Positions 41,950 to 57,400 of a DNA stretch of 64,000 nucleotides are shown in pieces. Each line of letters begins with the position of its first letter. Position 1 is the first letter of the stretch. The translations under genes and the position numbers were made by a program. A model generated the notes under the pieces. That model searched no databases, was not told where the DNA came from, and saw only the letters and a program-made list of their open reading frames with translations. Source of the DNA: Auanema rhodensis (taxonomy: Eukaryota; Animalia; Nematoda); contig OZ059896.1 of NCBI GenBank assembly GCA_964057225.1, positions 682,001 to 746,000 on the forward strand. Reading direction: 5' to 3'.

Positions 41950-44900
41950 AGCGAGTTACATACCAAGTGCACATCACGTGTACATTTAATTAGCATAAAT
42001 TAAAATTCACGTAATTTTCAAAGTCATGGTTACCATGAACCAATATCAATAAAAATTTGTTTTTAGACTAATATGGACATGGGGAATCTAATTTTGAAAA
42101 CCGCATCTCTTTATCTTTCACGTGAAGCGAGTTACATACCAAGTGCACATCACGTGTACATTTAATTAGCATAAATTAAAGTTCACGTAAATTTCAAAGT
42201 CATGGTGACCATGAACCAATATCAATAAAAATTTGTTTTTAGACTAATATAGACATGGGGAATCTAATTTTGAAAACCGCATCTCTTTATCTTTCACGTG
42301 AAACGAGTTACATACCAAGTGCACATCACGTGTACATTTAATTAGCATAAATTAAAGTTCACGTAAATTTCAAAGTCATGGTTACCATGAACCAATATCA
42401 ATAAAAATTTGTAATTAGACTAATATGGACATGAGGAATCTAATTTTGAAAACCGCATCTCTTTATCTTTCACGTGAAGCGAGTTACATACCAAGTGCAC
42501 ATCACGTGTACATTTAATTAGCATAAATTAAAGTTCACGTAAATTTCAAAGTCATAGTTACCATGAACCAATATCAATAAAAATTTGTTTTTAGACTAAT
42601 ATGGACATGGGAAATCTAATTTTGGAAACCGCATCTCTTTATCTTTCACGTGAAGCGAGTTACATACCAAGTGCACATCACGTGTACATTTAATTAGCAT
42701 AAATTAAAGTTCACGTAAATTTCAAAGTCATGGTTACCATGAACCAATATCAATAAAAATTTGTTTTTAGACTAATATGGACATGGGAAATCTAATTTTG
42801 AAAACCGCATCTCTTTATCTTTTACGTGAAGCGAGTTACATACCAAGTGCACATCACGTGTACATTTAATTAGCATAAATTAAAGTTCACGTAAATTTCA
42901 AAGTCATGGTTACCATGCACCAATATCAATCAAAATTTGTTTTTAGACTAATATGGACATGGGGAATCTAATTTTGAAAACCGCATCTCTTTATCTTTCA
43001 CGTGAAGCGAGTTACATACCAAGTGCACATCACGTGTACATTTAATTAGCATAAATTAAAGTTCACGTAAATTTCAAAGTCATGGTTATCATGAACCAAT
43101 ATCAATAAAAATTTGTTTTTAGACTAATATGGACATGGGAAATCTAATTTTGAAAACCGCATCTCTTTATCTTTTACGTGAAGCGAGTTACATACCAAGT
43201 GCACATCACGTGTACATTTAATTAGCATAAATTAAAATTCACGTAAATTTCAAAGTCATGGTTACCATGAACCAATATCAATAAAAATTTGTTTTCAGAC
43301 TAATATGGACATGGGGAATCTAATTTTGAAAACCGCATCTCTTTATCTTTTACGTGAAGCGAGTTACATACCAAGTGCACATCACGTGTACATTTAATTA
43401 GCATAAATTAAAATTCACGTAATTTTCAAAGTCATGGTTACCATGAACCAATATCAATAAAAATTTGTTTTTAGACTAATATGGACATGGGGAATCTAAT
43501 TTTGAAAACCGCATCTCTTTATCTTTCACGTGAAGCGAGTTACATACCAAGTGCACATCACGTGTACATTTAATTAGCATAAATTAAAGTTCACGTAAAT
43601 TTCAAAGTCATGGTGACCATGAACCAATATCAATAAAAATTTGTTTTAAGACTAATATAGACATGGGGAATCTAATTTTGAAAACCGCATCTCTTTATCT
43701 TTCACGTGAAACGAGTTACATACCAAGTGCACATCACGTGTACATTTAATTAGCATAAATTAAAGTTCACGTAAATTTCAAAGTCATGGTTACCATGAAC
43801 CAATATCAATAAAAATTTGTAATTAGACTAATATGGACATGAGGAATCTAATTTTGAAAACCGCATCTCTTTATCTTTCACGTGAAGCGAGTTACATACC
43901 AAGTGCACATCACGTGTACATTTAATTAGCATAAATTAAAGTTCACGTAAATTTCAAAGTCATAGTTACCATGAACCAATATCAATAAAAATTTGTTTTT
44001 AGACTAATATGGACATGGGAAATCTAATTTTGGAAACCGCATCTCTTTATCTTTCACGTGAAGCGAGTTACATACCAAGTGCACATCACGTGTACATTTA
44101 ATTAGCATAAATTAAAGTTCACGTAAATTTCAAAGTCATGGTTACCATGAACCAATATCAATAAAAATTTGTTTTTAGACTAATATGGACATGGGAAATC
44201 TAATTTTGAAAACCGCATCTCTTTATCTTTTACGTGAAGCGAGTTACATACCAAGTGCACATCACGTGTACATTTAATTAGCATAAATTAAAGTTCACGT
44301 AAATTTCAAAGTCATGGTTACCATGCACCAATATCAATCAAAATTTGTTTTTAGACTAATATGGACATGGGGAATCTAATTTTGAAAACCGCATCTCTTT
44401 ATCTTTCACGTGAAGCGAGTTACATACCAAGTGCACATCACGTGTACATTTAATTAGCATAAATTAAAGTTCACGTAAATTTCAAAGTCATGGTTATCAT
44501 GAACCAATATCAATAAAAATTTGTTTTTAGACTAATATGGACATGGGAAATCTAATTTTGAAAACCGCATCTCTTTATCTTTTACGTGAAGCGAGTTACA
44601 TACCAAGTGCACATCACGTGTACATTTAATTAGCATAAATTAAAATTCACGTAAATTTCAAAGTCATGGTTACCATGAACCAATATCAATAAAAATTTGT
44701 TTTCAGACTAATATGGACATGGGAAATCTAATTTTGAAAACCGCATCTCTTTATCTTTCACGTGAAGCGAGTTACATACCAAGTGCACATCACGTGTACA
44801 TTTAATTAGCATAAATTAAAGTTCACGTAAATTTCAAAGTCATAGTTACCATGAACCAATATCAATAAAAATTTGTTTTTAGACTAATATGGACATGGGA

Positions 44901-45400
44901 AATCTAATTTTGGAAACCGCATCTCTTTATCTTTCACGTGAAGCGAGTTACATACCAAGTGCACATCACGTGTACATTTAATTAGCATAAATTAAAGTTC
45001 ACGTAAATTTCAAAGTCATGGTTACCATGAACCAATATCAATAAAAATTTGTTTTTAGACTAATATGGACATGGGAAATCTAATTTTGAAAACCGCATCT
45101 CTTTATCTTTTACGTGAAGCGAGTTACATACCAAGTGCACATCACGTGTACATTTAATTAGCATAAATTAAAGTTCACGTAAATTTCAAAGTCATGGTTA
45201 CCATGCACCAATATCAATCAAAATTTGTTTTTAGACTAATATGGACATGGGGAATCTAATTTTGAAAACCGCATCTCTTTATCTTTCACGTGAAGCGAGT
45301 TACATACCAAGTGCACATCACGTGTACATTTAATTAGCATAAATTAAAGTTCACGTAAATTTCAAAGTCATGGTTACCATGCACCAATATCAATAAACAT
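41950..45400 (+). repeat. 8-monomer (1408 bp) tandem duplication followed by a partial repeat at a 5-monomer (880 bp) offset
   Basis: GGTGACC at ~42204/43612, TTTTCAGAC at ~43292/44700, CATAGTT at ~42553/43961/44841. Boundaries are approximate. Confidence 0.85.
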
Positions 45401-48400
45401 TTGTTTTTAGACTAATATGGACATGGGGAATCTACTTTTGAAAACCGCATCTCTTTATCTTTCACGTGAAGCGAGTTACATACCAAGTGCACATGACGTG
45501 TACATTTAATTAGCATAAATTAAAGTTCACGTAAATTTCAAAGTCATGGTTACCATGAACCAATATCAATAAAAATTTGTTTTTAGACTAATATGGACAT
45601 GGGAAATCTAATTTTGAAAACCGCATCTCTTTATCTTTCACGTGAAGCGAGTTACATACCAAGTGCACATCACGTGTACATATAATTAGCATAAATTAAA
45701 GTTCACGTAAATTTCAAAGTCATGGTTACCATGAACCAATATCAATAAAAATTTGTTTTTAGACTAATATGGACATGGGGAATCTAATTTTGAAAACCGC
45801 ATCTCTTTATCTTTCACGTGAAGCGAGTTACATACCAAGTGCACATCACGTGTACATTTAATTAGCATAAATTAAAATTCACGTAAATTTCAAAGTCATG
45901 GTTACCATGAACCAATATCAATAAAAATTTGTTTTTAGACTAATATGGACATGGGGAATCTAACTTTGAAAACCGCATCTCTTTATCTTTCACGTGAAGC
46001 GAGTTACATACCAAGTGCACATCACGTGTACATTTAATTAGCATAAATTAAAGTTCACGTAAATTTCAAAGTCATGGGTACCATGAACCAATATCAATAA
46101 AAATTTGTTTTTAGACTAATATGGACATGGGGAATCTAATTTTGAAAACCGCATCTCTTTATCTTTCACGTGAAGCGAGTTACATACCAAGTGCACATCA
46201 CGTGTACATTTAATTAGCATAAATTAAAGTTCACGTAAATTTCAAAGTCATGGTTACCATGAACCAATATCAATAAAAATTTGTTTTTAGACTAATATGG
46301 ACATGGGGAATCTAATTTTGAAAACCGCATCTCTTTATCATTCACGTGAAGCGAGTTACATACCAAGTGCACATCACGTGTACATTTAATTAGCATAAAT
46401 TAAAGTTCACGTAAATTTCAAAGTCATGGTTACCATGCACCAATATCAATAAACATTTGTTTTTAGACTAATATGGACATGGGGAATCTACTTTTGAAAA
46501 CCGCATCTCTTTATCTTTCACGTGAAGCGAGTTACATACCAAGTGCACATGACGTGTACATTTAATTAGCATAAATTAAAGTTCACGTAAATTTCAAAGT
46601 CATGGTTACCATGAACCAATATCAATGAAAATTTGTTTGTAGACTAATATGGACATGGGGAATCTAATTTTGAAAACCGCATCTCTTTATCTTTCACGTG
46701 AAGCGAGTTACATACCAAGTGCACATCACGTGTACATATAATTAGCATAAATTAAAGTTCACGTAAATTTCAAAGTCATGGTTACCATGAACCAATATCA
46801 ATAAAAATTTGTTTTTAGACTAATATGGACATGGGGAATCTAATTTTGAAAACCGCATCTCTTTATCTTTCACGTGAAGCGAGTTACATACCAAGTGCAC
46901 ATCACGTGTACATTTAATTAGCATAAATTAAAATTCACGTAAATTTCAAAGTCATGGTTGCCATGAACCAATATCAATAAAAATTTGTTTTTAGACTAAT
47001 ATGGACATGGGGAATCTAATATTGAAAACCGCATCTCTTTATCTTTCACGTGAAGCGAGTTACATACCAAGTGCACATCACGTGTACATTTAATTAGCAT
47101 AAATTAAAGTTCACGTAAATTTCAAAGTCATGGTTACCATGCACCAATATCAATCAAAATTTGTTTTTAGACTAATATGGACATGGGGAATCTAATTTTG
47201 AAAACCGCATCTCTTTATCTTTCACGTGAAGCGAGTTACATACCAAGTGCACATCACGTGTACATTTAATTAGCATAAATTAAAGTTCACGTAAATTTCA
47301 AAGTCATGGTTACCATGAACCAATATCAATAAAAATTTGTTTTTAGACTAATATGGACATGGGGAATCTAATTTTGAAAACCGCATCTCTTTATCATTCA
47401 CGTGAAGCGAGTTACATACCAAGTGCACATCACGTGTACATTTAATTAGCATAAATTAAAGTTCACGTAAATTTCAAAGTCATGGTTACCATGCACCAAT
47501 ATCAATAAACATTTGTTTTTAGACTAATATGGACATGGGGAATCTACTTTTGAAAACCGCATCTCTTTATCTTTCACGTGAAGCGAGTTACATACCAAGT
47601 GCACATGACGTGTACATTTAATTAGCATAAATTAAAGTTCACGTAAATTTCAAAGTCATGGTTACCATGAACCAATATCAATGAAAATTTGTTTGTAGAC
47701 TAATATGGACATGGGGAATCTAATTTTGAAAACCGCATCTCTTTATCTTTCACGTGAAGCGAGTTACATACCAAGTGCACATCACGTGTACATATAATTA
47801 GCATAAATTAAAGTTCACGTAAATTTCAAAGTCATGGTTACCATGAACCAATATCAATAAAAATTTGTTTTTAGACTAATATGGACATGGGGAATCTAAT
47901 TTTGAAAACCGCATCTCTTTATCTTTCACGTGAAGCGAGTTACATACCAAGTGCACATCACGTGTACATTTAATTAGCATAAATTAAAATTCACGTAAAT
48001 TTCAAAGTCATGGTTACCATGAACCAATATCAATAAAAATTTGTTTTTAGACTAATATGGACATGGGGAATCTAATATTGAAAACCGCATCTCTTTATCT
48101 TTCACGTGAAGCGAGTTACATACCAAGTGCACATCACGTGTACATTTAATTAGCATAAATTAAAGTTCACGTAAATTTCAAAGTCATGGTTACCATGCAC
48201 CAATATCAATCAAAATTTGTTTTTAGACTAATATGGACATGGGGAATCTAATTTTGAAAACCGCATCTCTTTATCTTTCACGTGAAGCGAGTTACATACC
48301 AAGTGCACATCACGTGTACATTTAATTAGCATAAATTAAAGTTCACGTAAATTTCAAAGTCATGGTTATCATGAACCAATATCAATAAAAATTTGTTTTT

Positions 48401-51400
48401 AGACTAATATGGACATGGGAAATCTAATTTTGAAAACCGCATCTCTTTATCTTTTACGTGAAGCGAGTTACATACCAAGTGCACATCACGTGTACATTTA
48501 ATTAGCATAAATTAAAATTCACGTAAATTTCAAAGTCATGGTTACCATGAACCAATATCAATAAAAATTTGTTTTTAGACTAATATGGACATGGGAAATC
48601 TAATTTTGAAAACCGCATCTCTTTATCTTTCACGTGAAGCGAGTTACATACCAAGTGCACATCACGTGTACATTTAATTAGCATAAATTAAAGTTCACGT
48701 AAATTTCAAAGTCATAGTTACCATGAACCAATATCAATAAAAATTTGTTTTTAGACTAATATGGACATGGGAAATCTAATTTTGGAAACCGCATCTCTTT
48801 ATCTTTCACGTGAAGCGAGTTACATACCAAGTGCACATCACGTGTACATTTAATTAGCATAAATTAAAGTTCACGTAAATTTCAAAGTCATGGTTACCAT
48901 GAACCAATATCAATAAAAATTTGTTTTTAGACTAATATGGACATGGGAAATCTAATTTTGAAAACCGCATCTCTTTATCTTTTACGTGAAGCGAGTTACA
49001 TACCAAGTGCACATCACGTGTACATTTAATTAGCATAAATTAAAGTTCACGTAAATTTCAAAGTCATGGTTACCATGCACCAATATCAATCAAAATTTGT
49101 TTTTAGACTAATATGGACATGGGGAATCTAATTTTGAAAACCGCATCTCTTTATCTTTCACGTGAAGCGAGTTACATACCAAGTGCACATCACGTGTACA
49201 TTTAATTAGCATAAATTAAAGTTCACGTAAATTTCAAAGTCATGGTTATCATGAACCAATATCAATAAAAATTTGTTTTTAGACTAATATGGACATGGGA
49301 AATCTAATTTTGGAAACCGCATCTCTTTATCTTTTACGTGAAGCGAGTTACATACCAAGTGCACATCACGTGTACATTTAATTAGCATAAATTAAAATTC
49401 ACGTAAATTTCAAAGTCATGGTTACCATGAACCAATATCAATAAAAATTTGTTTTTAGACTAATATGGACATGGGAAATCTAATTTTGAAAACCGCATCT
49501 CTTTATCTTTCACGTGAAGCGAGTTACATACCAAGTGCACATCACGTGTACATATAATTAGCATAAATTAAAGTTCACGTAAATTTCAAAGTCATGGTTA
49601 CCATGAACCAATATCAATAAAAATTTGTTTTTAGACTAATATGGACATGGGGAATCTAATTTTGAAAACCGCATCTCTTTATCTTTCACGTGAAGCGAGT
49701 TACATACCAAGTGCACATCACGTGTACATTTAATTAGCATAAATTAAAATTCACGTAAATTTCAAAGTCATGGTTACCATGAACCAATATCAATAAAAAT
49801 TTGTTTTTAGACTAATATGGACATGGGGAATCTAACTTTGAAAACCGCATCTATTTATCTTTCACGTGAAGCGAGTTACATACCAAGTGCACATCACGTG
49901 TACATTTAATTAGCATAAATTAAAGTTCACGTAAATTTCAAAGTCATGGGTACCATGAACCAATATCAATAAAAATTTGTTTTTAGACTAATATGGACAT
50001 GGGGAATCTAATTTTGAAAACCGCATCTCTTTATCTTTCACGTGAAGCGAGTTACATACCAAGTGCACATCACGTGTACATATAATTAGCATAAATTAAA
50101 GTTCACGTAAATTTCAAAGTCATGGTTACCATGAACCAATATCAATAAAAATTTGTTTTTAGACTAATATGGACATGGGGAATCTAATTTTGAAAACCGC
50201 ATCTCTTTATCTTTCACGTGAAGCGAGTTACATACCAAGTGCACATCACGTGTACATTTAATTAGCATAAATTAAAATTCACGTAAATTTCAAAGTCATG
50301 GTTACCATGAACCAATATCAATAAAAATTTGTTTTTAGACTAATATGGACATGGGGAATCTAACTTTGAAAACCGCATCTCTTTATCTTTCACGTGAAGC
50401 GAGTTACATACCAAGTGCACATCACGTGTACATTTAATTAGCATAAATTAAAGTTCACGTAAATTTCAAAGTCATGGGTACCATGAACCAATATCAATAA
50501 AAATTTGTTTTTAGACTAATATGGACATGGGGAATCTAATTTTGAAAACCGCATCTCTTTATCTTTCACGTGAAGCGAGTTACATACCAAGTGCACATCA
50601 CGTGTACATTTAATTAGCATAAATTAAAGTTCACGTAAATTTCAAAGTCATGGTTACCATGAACCAATATCAATAAAAATTTGTTTTTAGACTAATATGG
50701 ACATGGGGAATCTAATTTTGAAAACCGCATCTCTTTATCATTCACGTGAAGCGAGTTACATACCAAGTGCACATCACGTGTACATTTAATTAGCATAAAT
50801 TAAAGTTCACGTAAATTTCAAAGTCATGGTTACCATGCACCAATATCAATAAACATTTGTTTTTAGACTAATATGGACATGGGGAATCTACTTTTGAAAA
50901 CCGCATCTCTTTATCTTTCACGTGAAGCGAGTTACATACCAAGTGCACATGACGTGTACATTTAATTAGCATAAATTAAAGTTCACGTAAATTTCAAAGT
51001 CATGGTTACCATGAACCAATATCAATGAAAATTTGTTTGTAGACTAATATGGACATGGGGAATCTAATTTTGAAAACCGCATCTCTTTATCTTTCACGTG
51101 AAGCGAGTTACATACCAAGTGCACATCACGTGTACATATAATTAGCATAAATTAAAGTTCACGTAAATTTCAAAGTCATGGTTACCATGAACCAATATCA
51201 ATAAAAATTTGTTTTTAGACTAATATGGACATGGGGAATCTAATTTTGAAAACCGCATCTCTTTATCTTTCACGTGAAGCGAGTTACATACCAAGTGCAC
51301 ATCACGTGTACATTTAATTAGCATAAATTAAAATTCACGTAAATTTCAAAGTCATGGTTACCATGAACCAATATCAATAAAAATTTGTTTTTAGACTAAT

Positions 51401-54400
51401 ATGGACATGGGGAATCTAATATTGAAAACCGCATCTCTTTATCTTTCACGTGAAGCGAGTTACATACCAAGTGCACATCACGTGTACATTTAATTAGCAT
51501 AAATTAAAGTTCACGTAAATTTCAAAGTCATGGTTACCATGAACCAATATCAATAAAAATTTGGTTTTAGACTAATATGGACATGGGGAATCTAATTTTG
51601 AAAACCGCATCTCTTTATCTTTCACGTGAAGCGAGTTACATACCAAGTGCACATCACGTGTACATTTAATTAGCATAAATTAAAGTTCACGTAAATTTCA
51701 AAGTCATGGTTACCATGCACCAATATCAATAAAAATTTGTTTTTAGACTAATATGGACATGGGGAATCTAATTTTGAAAACCGCATCTCTTTATCTTTCA
51801 CGTGAAGCGAGTTACATACCAAGAGCACATCACGTGTACATTTAATTAGCATAAATTAAAGTTCACGTAAATTTCAAAATCATGGTTATCATGAACCAAT
51901 ATCAATAAAAATTTGTTTTTAGACTAATATGGACATGGGAAATCTAATTTTGAAAACCGCATCTCTTTATCTTTCACGTGAAGCGAGTTACATACCAAGT
52001 GCACATCACGTGTACATTTAATTAGCATAAATTAAAGTTCACGTAAATTTCAAAGTCATGGTTACCATGCACCAATATCAATAAAAATTTGTTTTTAGAC
52101 TAATATGGACATGGGGAATCTAATTTTGAAAACCGCATCTCTTTATCTTTCACGTGAAGCGAGTTACATACCAAGTGCACATCACGTGTACATTTAATTA
52201 GCATAAATTAAAGTTCACGTAAATTTCAAAGTCATGGTTACCATGAACCAATATCAATAAAAATTTGTTTTTAGACTAATATGGACATGGGGAATCTAAT
52301 TTTGAAAACCGCATCTCTTTATCTTTCACGTGAAACGAGTTACATACCAAGTGCACATCACGTGTACATTTAATTAGCATAAATTAAAGTTCACGTAAAT
52401 TTCAAAGTCATGGTTACCATGAACCAATATCAATAAAAATTTGTAATTAGACTAATATGGACATGGGGAATCTAATTTTGAAAACCGCATCTCTTTATCT
52501 TTCACGTGAAGCGAGTTACATACCAAGTGCACATCACGTGTACATTTAATTAGCATAAATTAAAGTTCACGTAAATTTCAAAGTCATGGTTACCATGAAC
52601 CAATATCAATAAAAATTTGTTTTTAGACTAATATGGACATGGGAAATCTAATTTTGGAAACCGCATCTCTTTATCTTTCACGTGAAGCGAGTTACATACC
52701 AAGTGCACATCACGTGTACATTTAATTAGCATAAATTAAAGTTCACGTAAATTTCAAAGTCATGGTTACCATGAACCAATATCAATAAAAATTTGTTTTT
52801 AGACTAATATGGACATGGGAAATCTAATTTTGAAAACCGCATCTCTTTATCTTTTACGTGAAGCGAGTTACATACCAAGTGCACATCACGTGTACATTTA
52901 ATTAGCATAAATTAAAGTTCACGTAAATTTCAAAGTCATGGTTACCATGCACCAATATCAATCAAAATTTGTTTTTAGACTAATATGGACATGGGGAATC
53001 TAATTTTGAAAACCGCATCTCTTTATCTTTCACGTGAAGCGAGTTACATACCAAGTGCACATCACGTGTACATTTAATTAGCATAAATTAAAGTTCACGT
53101 AAATTTCAAAGTCATGGTTATCATGAACCAATATCAATAAAAATTTGTTTTTAGACTAATATGGACATGGGAAATCTAATTTTGAAAACCGCATCTCTTT
53201 ATCTTTTACGTGAAGCGAGTTACATACCAAGTGCACATCACGTGTACATTTAATTAGCATAAATTAAAGTTCACGTAAATTTCAAAGTCATGGTTACCAT
53301 GAACCAATATCAATAAAAATTTGTTTTTAGACTAATATGGACATGGGAAATCTAATTTTGAAAACCGCATCTCTTTATCTTTCACGTGAAGCGAGTTACA
53401 TACCAAGTGCACATCACGTGTACATATAATTAGCATAAATTAAAGTTCACGTAAATTTCAAAGTCATGGTTACCATGAACCAATATCAATAAAAATTTGT
53501 TTTTAGACTAATATGGACATGGGGAATCTAATTTTGAAAACCGCATCTCTTTATCTTTCACGTGAAGCGAGTTACATACCAAGTGCACATCACGTGTACA
53601 TTTAATTAGCATAAATTAAAGTTCACGTAAATTTCAAAGTCATGGTTATCATGAACCAATATCAATAAAAATTTGTTTTTAGACTAATATGGACATGGGA
53701 AATCTAATTTTGAAAACCGCATCTCTTTATCTTTCACGTGAAGCGAGTTACATACCAAGTGCACATCACGTGTACATTTAATTAGCATAAATTAAAGTTC
53801 ACGTAAATTTCAAAGTCATGGTTACCATGCACCAATATCAATAAAAATTTGTTTTTAGACTAATATGGACATGGGGAATCTAATTTTGAAAACCGCATCT
53901 CTTTATCTTTCACGTGAAGCGAGTTACATACCAAGTGCACATCACGTGTACATTTAATTAGCATAAATTAAAGTTCACGTAAATTTCAAAGTCATGGTTA
54001 CCATGAACCAATATCAATAAAAATTTGTTTTTAGACTAATATGGACATGGGGAATCTAATTTTGAAAACCGCATCTCTTTATCTTTCACGTGAAACGAGT
54101 TACATACCAAGTGCACATCACGTGTACATTTAATTAGCATAAATTAAAGTTCACGTAAATTTCAAAGTCATGGTTACCATGAACCAATATCAATAAAAAT
54201 TTGTAATTAGACTAATATGGACATGGGGAATCTAATTTTGAAAACCGCATCTCTTTATCTTTCACGTGAAGCGAGTTACATACCAAGTGCACATCACGTG
54301 TACATTTAATTAGCATAAATTAAAGTTCACGTAAATTTCAAAGTCATGGTTACCATGAACCAATATCAATAAAAATTTGTTTTTAGACTAATATGGACAT

Positions 54401-57400
54401 GGGAAATCTAATTTTGGAAACCGCATCTCTTTATCTTTCACGTGAAGCGAGTTACATACCAAGTGCACATCACGTGTACATTTAATTAGCATAAATTAAA
54501 GTTCACGTAAATTTCAAAGTCATGGTTACCATGAACCAATATCAATAAAAATTTGTTTTTAGACTAATATGGACATGGGGAATCTAATTTTGAAAACCGC
54601 ATCTCTTTATCTTTCACGTGAAGCGAGTTACATACCAAGTGCACATCACGTGTACATTTAATTAGCATAAATTAAAGTTCACGTAAATTTCAAAGTCATG
54701 GTGACCATGAACCAATATCAATAAAAATTTGTTTTTAGACTAATATGGACATGGGGAATCTAATTTTGAAAACCGCATCTCTTTATCTTTCACGTGAAAC
54801 GAGTTACATACCAAGTGCACATCACGTGTACATTTAATTAGCATAAATTAAAGTTCACGTAAATTTCAAAGTCATGGTTACCATGAACCAATATCAATAA
54901 AAATTTGTAATTAGACTAATATGGACATGGGGAATCTAATTTTGAAAACCGCATCTCTTTATCTTTCACGTGAAGCGAGTTACATACCAAGTGCACATCA
55001 CGTGTACATTTAATTAGCATAAATTAAAGTTCACGTAAATTTCAAAGTCATGGTTACCATGAACCAATATCAATAAAAATTTGTTTTTAGACTAATATGG
55101 ACATGGGAAATCTAATTTTGAAAACCGCATCTCTTTATCTTTCACGTGAAGCGAGTTACATACCAAGTGCACATCACGTGTACATATAATTAGCATAAAT
55201 TAAAGTTCACGTAAATTTCAAAGTCATGGTTACCATGAACCAATATCAATAAAAATTTGTTTTTAGACTAATATGGACATGGGGAATCTAATTTTGAAAA
55301 CCGCATCTCTTTATCTTTCACGTGAAGCGAGTTACATACCAAGTGCACATCACGTGTACATTTAATTAGCATAAATTAAAATTCACGTAATTTTCAAAGT
55401 CATGGTTACCATGAACCAATATCAATAAAAATTTGTTTTTAGACTAATATGGACATGGGGAATCTAATTTTGAAAACCGCATCTCTTTATCTTTCACGTG
55501 AAGCGAGTTACATACCAAGTGCACATCACGTGTACATTTAATTAGCATAAATTAAAGTTCACGTAAATTTCAAAGTCATGGGTACCATGAACCAATATCA
55601 ATAAAAATTTGTTTTTAGACTAATATGGACATGGGGAATCTAACTTTGAAAACCGCATCTCTTTATCTTTCACGTGAAGCGAGTTACATACCAAGTGCAC
55701 ATCACGTGTACATTTAATTAGCATAAATTAAAGTTCACGTAAATTTCAAAGTCATGGTTACCATGAACCAATATCAATAAAAATTTGTAATTAGACTAAT
55801 ATGGACATGGGGAATCTAATTTTGAAAACCGCATCTCTTTATCTTTCACGTGAAGCGAGTTACATACCAAGTGCACATCACGTGTACATTTAATTAGCAT
55901 AAATTAAAGTTCACGTAAATTTCAAAGTCATGGTTACCATGAACCAATATCAATAAAAATTTGTTTTTAGACTAATATGGACATGGGAAATCTAATTTTG
56001 GAAACCGCATCTCTTTATCTTTCACGTGAAGCGAGTTACATACCAAGTGCACATCACGTGTACATTTAATTAGCATAAATTAAAGTTCACGTAAATTTCA
56101 AAGTCATGGTTACCATGAACCAATATCAATAAAAATTTGTTTTTAGACTAATATGGACATGGGAAATCTAATTTTGAAAACCGCATCTCTTTATCTTTTA
56201 CGTGAAGCGAGTTACATACCAAGTGCACATCACGTGTACATTTAATTAGCATAAATTAAAGTTCACGTAAATTTCAAAGTCATGGTTACCATGCACCAAT
56301 ATCAATCAAAATTTGTTTTTAGACTAATATGGACATGGGGAATCTAATTTTGAAAACCGCATCTCTTTATCTTTCACGTGAAGCGAGTTACATACCAAGT
56401 GCACATCACGTGTACATTTAATTAGCATAAATTAAAGTTCACGTAAATTTCAAAGTCATGGTTATCATGAACCAATATCAATAAAAATTTGTTTTTAGAC
56501 TAATATGGACATGGGAAATCTAATTTTGAAAACCGCATCTCTTTATCTTTTACGTGAAGCGAGTTACATACCAAGTGCACATCACGTGTACATTTAATTA
56601 GCATAAATTAAAGTTCACGTAAATTTCAAAGTCATGGTTACCATGAACCAATATCAATAAAAATTTGTTTTTAGACTAATATGGACATGGGGAATCTAAT
56701 TTTGAAAACCGCATCTCTTTATCTTTCACGTGAAGCGAGTTACATACCAAGTGCACATCACGTGTACATTTAATTAGCATAAATTAAAGTTCACGTAAAT
56801 TTCAAAGTCATGGTTACCATGAACCAATATCAATAAAAATTTGTTTTTAGACTAATATGGACATGGGGAATCTAATTTTGAAAACCGCATCTCTTTATCT
56901 TTCACGTGAAGCGAGTTACATACCAAGTGCACATCACGTGTACATTTAATTAGCATAAATTAAAGTTCACGTAAATTTCAAAGTCATGGTGACCATGAAC
57001 CAATATCAATAAAAATTTGTTTTTAGACTAATATGGACATGGGGAATCTAATTTTGAAAACCGCATCTCTTTATCTTTCACGTGAAACGAGTTACATACC
57101 AAGTGCACATCACGTGTACATTTAATTAGCATAAATTAAAGTTCACGTAAATTTCAAAGTCATGGTTACCATGAACCAATATCAATAAAAATTTGTAATT
57201 AGACTAATATGGACATGGGGAATCTAATTTTGAAAACCGCATCTCTTTATCTTTCACGTGAAGCGAGTTACATACCAAGTGCACATCACGTGTACATTTA
57301 ATTAGCATAAATTAAAGTTCACGTAAATTTCAAAGTCATGGTTACCATGAACCAATATCAATAAAAATTTGTTTTTAGACTAATATGGACATGGGAAATC